In this document: positions 20,057 through 24,203 of the stretch, in pieces
How the letters are laid out: each line of letters begins with the position of its first letter
How positions within the stretch are numbered: the stretch's first letter is position 1
DNA from: Macrostomum lignano
Taxonomy: Eukaryota
Length of the DNA stretch: 24,203 bases
Assembly: GCA_002269645.1 (NCBI GenBank)
Contig: NIVC01003748.1
Location: 1 to 24,203, forward strand
Direction of reading: 5' to 3'
Program-made: the position numbers and the translations under genes
Notes under the pieces: model-generated
The model's input: the letters and a program-made list of their open reading frames with translations, nothing else
Database searches by the model: none
What the model was told of the DNA's origin: nothing

Positions 20057-21125
20057 GGTTTGGGGAGAATGGATGGGGGATTTGAGGAGTAGGGATGGTG
20101 GATTTGAGGAGTAGGGATGGGGATTTGAGGAGTAGGGATGTCGGATTTGAGGAGTAGGGATGGTGGATTTGAGGAGTAGGGATGGGGGATTTGAGGAGTA
20201 GGGATGGTGGATTTGAGGAGTAGGGATGGGGGATTTGAGGAGTAGGGATGGCGGATTTGAGGAGTAGGGATGGGGGATTTGAGGAGTAGGGATGGGGATT
20301 TAAGGAGTAGGGATGGCGGATTTGAGGAGTAGAGATGGGTATTTGGTGAGTAGGGATGCGGATTTGAGGAGTAGAAATGGCGGATTTGAGGAGTAGAAAT
20401 GGCGGATTTAAGGAGTAGAGATGGGGATTCGAGGAGTAGAGATGGATGGGGGATTTGAGGAATACGTAAGGGGATTTGAGTGGTAGGGATGCGGATTTGA
20501 GGAGTAGGGATGTGGATTAGAGGAGTAGTGATGGGGATTTGTGGAGTAGGGATGGGGATTTGAGGAGTAGGGATGAAGATTTGAGGAGTAGGGATGCGGA
20601 TTTGAGGAGTAGGGATGGCGGATTTGAGGAGAATGGATGGGGATTTGAGGAGTAGGGATGGGGATTTGAGGAGTAGGGATGGGGATTTGAGGAGTAGGGA
20701 TGGGGATTTGAAAAGTAGGGATGGGGATTTGAGGAGTAGAAAGAGTAGAAAGGATGAGGAATGGCAGATTTGAGGAGTAGGGATGGGGATTTGAGGAGTA
20801 GAGATAGATAGGGATTTAAGGAGTAGGATGGATGGGGATTTGAGTAATAGGGATGGGAATTTAAGGAGTAGAGATGGGGATTCGGAGTGAGATAATTTGA
20901 GGAATACGTAAGGGGATTTGAGTGGTAGGGATGCGGATTTGAGGAGGGGATGGGGATTTGAGGAGTTGGGGGAAGTAGGGATTTGAGGAGTAGGATGGGG
21001 ATTTTGGGATGGGGATTTGAGGAGTTGCGGAGTAAAGGAAGGATGGTGGATTTGAGGAGTAGGGGATTTGAGGAGTAGAGATGGGGATTTGAGGAGTTGG
21101 TGGTAAGGATGGGTCAAGAATGAGG
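20057..21125. repeat. ~22-bp G-rich minisatellite (GATTTGAGGAGTAGGGATGGGG), roughly 45-50 copies
   Basis: Seen directly; the plus strand is almost free of C. Confidence 0.96.
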
Positions 21126-21155
21126 GGGAATAATCTGATACTGGGGTAATAATCT

Positions 21156-21346
21156 CCACTCCGCCCGGGTCAATCCGCCCCAATCTGACCCACTCCCGCC
21201 CGGGTCAATCCGCCCCAATCTGACCCACTCCCGCCCGGGGTCAATCCGCCCCAATCTGACCCACTCCCGCCCGGGGTCAATCCGCAATCTGACCCACTCC
21301 CGCCCGGGTCAATCCGCCCCAATCTGACCACTCCGCCGGGGTCAAT
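21156..21346. repeat. ~35-bp C-rich minisatellite (CCACTCCCGCCCGGGTCAATCCGCCCCAATCTGAC), ~5.5 copies
   Basis: Seen directly; copies differ mostly by homopolymer indels. Confidence 0.95.
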
Positions 21347-22029
21347 ACAGTGGTGCCGGATTCTGCCAAAGCGGAATGACGCTCATTTATCAGACTGAAG
21401 AATTAGCATAAATTCGCAGCCCCTCTGTCACATGATCGCGGTTTTCACTAGCCGCGCAGATTCTGTCAGTGCTGCATGGTCCGCAAGCGAGGGAAACAGA
21501 TTGATAAGTCCGATCCAGCGTTCACTGCCTGCGCTGCACTTTGACACGGCAAATCTGCATTGGCGCAATTGTGTTTTCAGTTAATAGGCGATCGCTGCCA
21601 GCTGCACACTGGCGGCCCTCCCGCAGCCGAACGCTGCCGGTCTCTCTTATCTCGAACTGCCTTATCGCATCGCCAGTGCCTGCCCCTGTATAGCGGCCGG
21701 TGTTTTCAACTCTAATATTGCCGCACGCCCGGGCTTCTGTAGGCCGCAATGCGGTTGGCGGTCCTGTTTGATGTTTCCAGAGGCGCGCGGGTGCCAGTTT
21801 TGGTGCGGGGAATGTCGCTGATATTCAACCGCCGGAGCTGCGGTTGAGGGCTTGTAGAGAGGGAGAGCAGGCAGGGACGGAACACGAAAATGGGATTCCA
21901 ATTGTAGGAAATTTATATGGTGTAGAACAGGGATTATAGTGTAGAAGAGAATAAGATTCAGAAGAAGAGAGTAAGACACGGTAGAAGAGGGAGCAGACTC
22001 TACGGTAGAATAGGGAGTAGATTTGCTTT

Positions 22030-22555
22030 AATTGGGAGTAGACACGGTAGAAGGGAGTAGACACGGTAGAAGGGAGTAGACACGGTAGAAGGGAGTAGCA
22101 CCGGTAGAAGGGAGTAGACACGGTAGAAGGGAGTAGACACGATAGAAGGGAGTAGACACGGTAGAAGGGAGTGGACACGGTAGAAGGGAGTAGACACGGT
22201 AGAAGGGAGTAGACACGGTAGAAGGGAGTGGACACGGTAGAAGGGAGTAGACACGGTAGAAGGGAGTAGACACGGTAGAAGGGAGTAGACACGGTAGAAG
22301 GGAGTAGACACGATAGAAGGGAGTAGACACGGTAGAAGGGAGTAGACACGGTAGAAGGGAGTAGACACGGTAGAAGGGAGTAGACACGGTAGAAGGGAGT
22401 AGACACGGTAGAAGGGAGTAGACACGTAGAAGGGAGTAGACACGATAGAAGGGAGTAGACACGGCTAGAAGGGAGTAGACACGGTAGAAGGGAGTAGACA
22501 CGGTAGAAGGGTAGTAACACGATGAAGGGAGTAGACACGGTAGAAGGGGGAGTAG
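22030..22555. repeat. 19-bp purine-rich minisatellite (AGACACGGTAGAAGGGAGT), ~27 copies
   Basis: The 19-nt period was verified across lines 22201-22380. Confidence 0.97.
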
Positions 22556-23214
22556 AATGAAGAGCAGAGCAGGTACGTAGGGTTCACCTGATGCCGGCCT
22601 TAAGGCTTCATTGCGCTTGAACAGAATGAAGCAAACAGCTGGGTGTCAGGAGCCATGGGCTTTGGGAATTGTTGTTGTCGCAAAAATGCATGCCGCGATG
22701 ACTGAACGATAAATATTTATTGTCAGGAAAACATATTTCACACGCCATATCGATAAATAGCCAAATCCAAACTGTTCAGCTATCGAATTTCCCGCTTTTA
22801 TTGTGAGACTCGAACAGGCCTTCTCTGCCTCTCTATTCACCGCTAATCGGCAATCGCGGCATTGGGAGCGACGCGAGTTTTATTTACAACCCTGGCGACT
22901 GACTTGCTGGGAGAGAAGATTTATAAAGTCACGTGCCGCCGTTCAGTTGTGAAAACTTCCATCGGGTCCGACAGGGCTTCAGCTCGCCCGAATTGACTGC
23001 CGCGGTTGCTACCCGGAGGCCAAGGAGGTAACAAGTTGGCTAAGATAAACTTATTATAAAATGAAAGCGAACGCCTCCTGCGGGACTTCGGCTTCCGTGA
23101 CTGAGAAACAAAAGCATTGGCTGAATGGCATTCCTTTAGGATTTCTTGGGGCCAGTTGGCATTTCGCAGCCTGACAAATTTTATGCTTATTGGCCTGGAT
23201 ACAGGCTCTGCCTG

Positions 23215-23528
23215 GTGCCCTCCTGTCTCCCTCTTGTCTCCTCTCCTGTCTCCCCTCTCTCCCCTCCATATCTTGTCTCATCTCTCCTATCTTCCCTCTC
23301 TTGTCTCCCCTCTCCTTTTATTCCTATTTTCCCTCTCATCTCCTGTCTCCTTGTGTCTCCCCTCTGCCCCCTCCCTCTCGTTTCCCCTCTCTCCCCCCTC
23401 CTCTCATGTCTTCCCTCTCTTGTCTCCCATCTTCTGCTCCCCTCTTCCGTCTCCCTCAATATAGTCTCGCTTCTATCCTTGTCTCGATTTACTGTCTTCC
23501 CTTCTGTCTCCCCCGTCTGCCTGTCTGT
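23215..23528. repeat. CT-rich low-complexity tract
   Basis: Seen directly. Confidence 0.9.
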
Positions 23529-23814
23529 AGGAAATTAGCTCTTCTAATAAAAAAAGTTGAAAAAATCCATGAAAATAAGCCAGAAACACTTCAGTTACAC
23601 TGACGCAAATCATTAAAGAATGTGACTGGAAGTACAGTGCGATCATCATTGTATTGTTCCAAGCGCGACACCAACCAGTAGCATGCCATGAGCCAAGTTT
23701 CACTAACAGTGACAGAGGCAGATCGCAAATTAACAGAGATCAGGAGCCAGCAGCTCAAGCACAGCCAAGAGTGCAGGAGCTTCAAAACTCATTTAAGGAG
23801 GGTGAGAATTCAAG

Positions 23815-24068
23815 GAGGGTGAGATACAGAGACAGAGGTGAGATACTGAGAGATAGGGTTAGATACAGAGACAGAGGTGAGATAAAGAGAGATAGAGGGT
23901 GAGATAAAGAGAGATAGATGTGAGATAAAGAGAGATAGACTGTGATAGACAGACAGAAGTGAAATACGGAGAGATAAAGGGTGAGATAAAGAGAGATAGA
24001 GGTGAGATAGAGATACAGAGACAGAGGTGAGATAGAGAGAGATAAAAGGTGAGATAAGAGAGATAGAT
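23815..24068. repeat. AG-rich degenerate repeat (GAGATA/GAGGTGAGATA motifs)
   Basis: Seen directly. Confidence 0.9.
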
Positions 24069-24203
24069 AACTTTTATTCTTTCTCAAGATTCCTGCAGTT
24101 GATGAAGCAAGCGGCATGCGTAACAACAAGAAGGACAAAGCATGCCTGGACAAGCAGCAAAGTGACACTAAAACTGTGAGGAGTTGATGCTCAACTCACC
24201 AAA

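Noticed and set aside
21522-21979. Short ORFs and a Cys-rich plus-strand frame near 21660-21820
   Set aside because: No recognisable motif spacing and no consistent exon structure.
20038-22538. Long minus-strand ORFs (381 aa LLKSPS/PTPQI repeats; 237, 157 and 147 aa STPFYRVY repeats)
   Set aside because: They are open only because the C/T-rich strand of these minisatellites rarely contains stops; frames shift with unit indels.
23591-23785. Minus-strand 64-aa ORF resembling a signal peptide
   Set aside because: It starts at TTG, is the antisense of a hydrophilic plus-strand frame, and has no downstream domain.

Overview
Eukaryotic (metazoan) genomic DNA with spliceosomal GT-AG genes, GC-rich exons and introns packed with minisatellites. 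The style, plus a LINE peptide I recall from flatworm proteomes, suggests a free-living flatworm such as Macrostomum; this is inference and was not verified. Three protein-coding genes were assembled by hand with consistent intron phases. (1) A minus-strand secreted protein: signal peptide, a VWA domain lacking the MIDAS motif, four divergent 4-Cys TSP1-like repeats and one EGF-like domain (3742-7329, possibly with a seventh exon at 1538-1575). (2) A minus-strand Ly6/uPAR three-finger protein of quiver/sleepless type with a likely GPI signal (9985-11261). (3) A complete 5-exon plus-strand ABCF3/GCN20 gene (13615-18872, 735 aa). The window also holds a 713-bp fold-back palindrome at its start, a tRNA-headed CORE-like SINE, a decayed LINE 3' fragment, nested MITE-like elements, a possible hAT remnant and about a dozen distinct mini/microsatellites, several of which multimerise transcription-factor-like motifs. 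There is no CRISPR array, rRNA or convincing tRNA gene, and I see no clearly new multi-gene system. The best novelty candidates are the VWA/Cys-repeat protein, the ABCF3 intron-2 array that is open in frame, and the X-box array.
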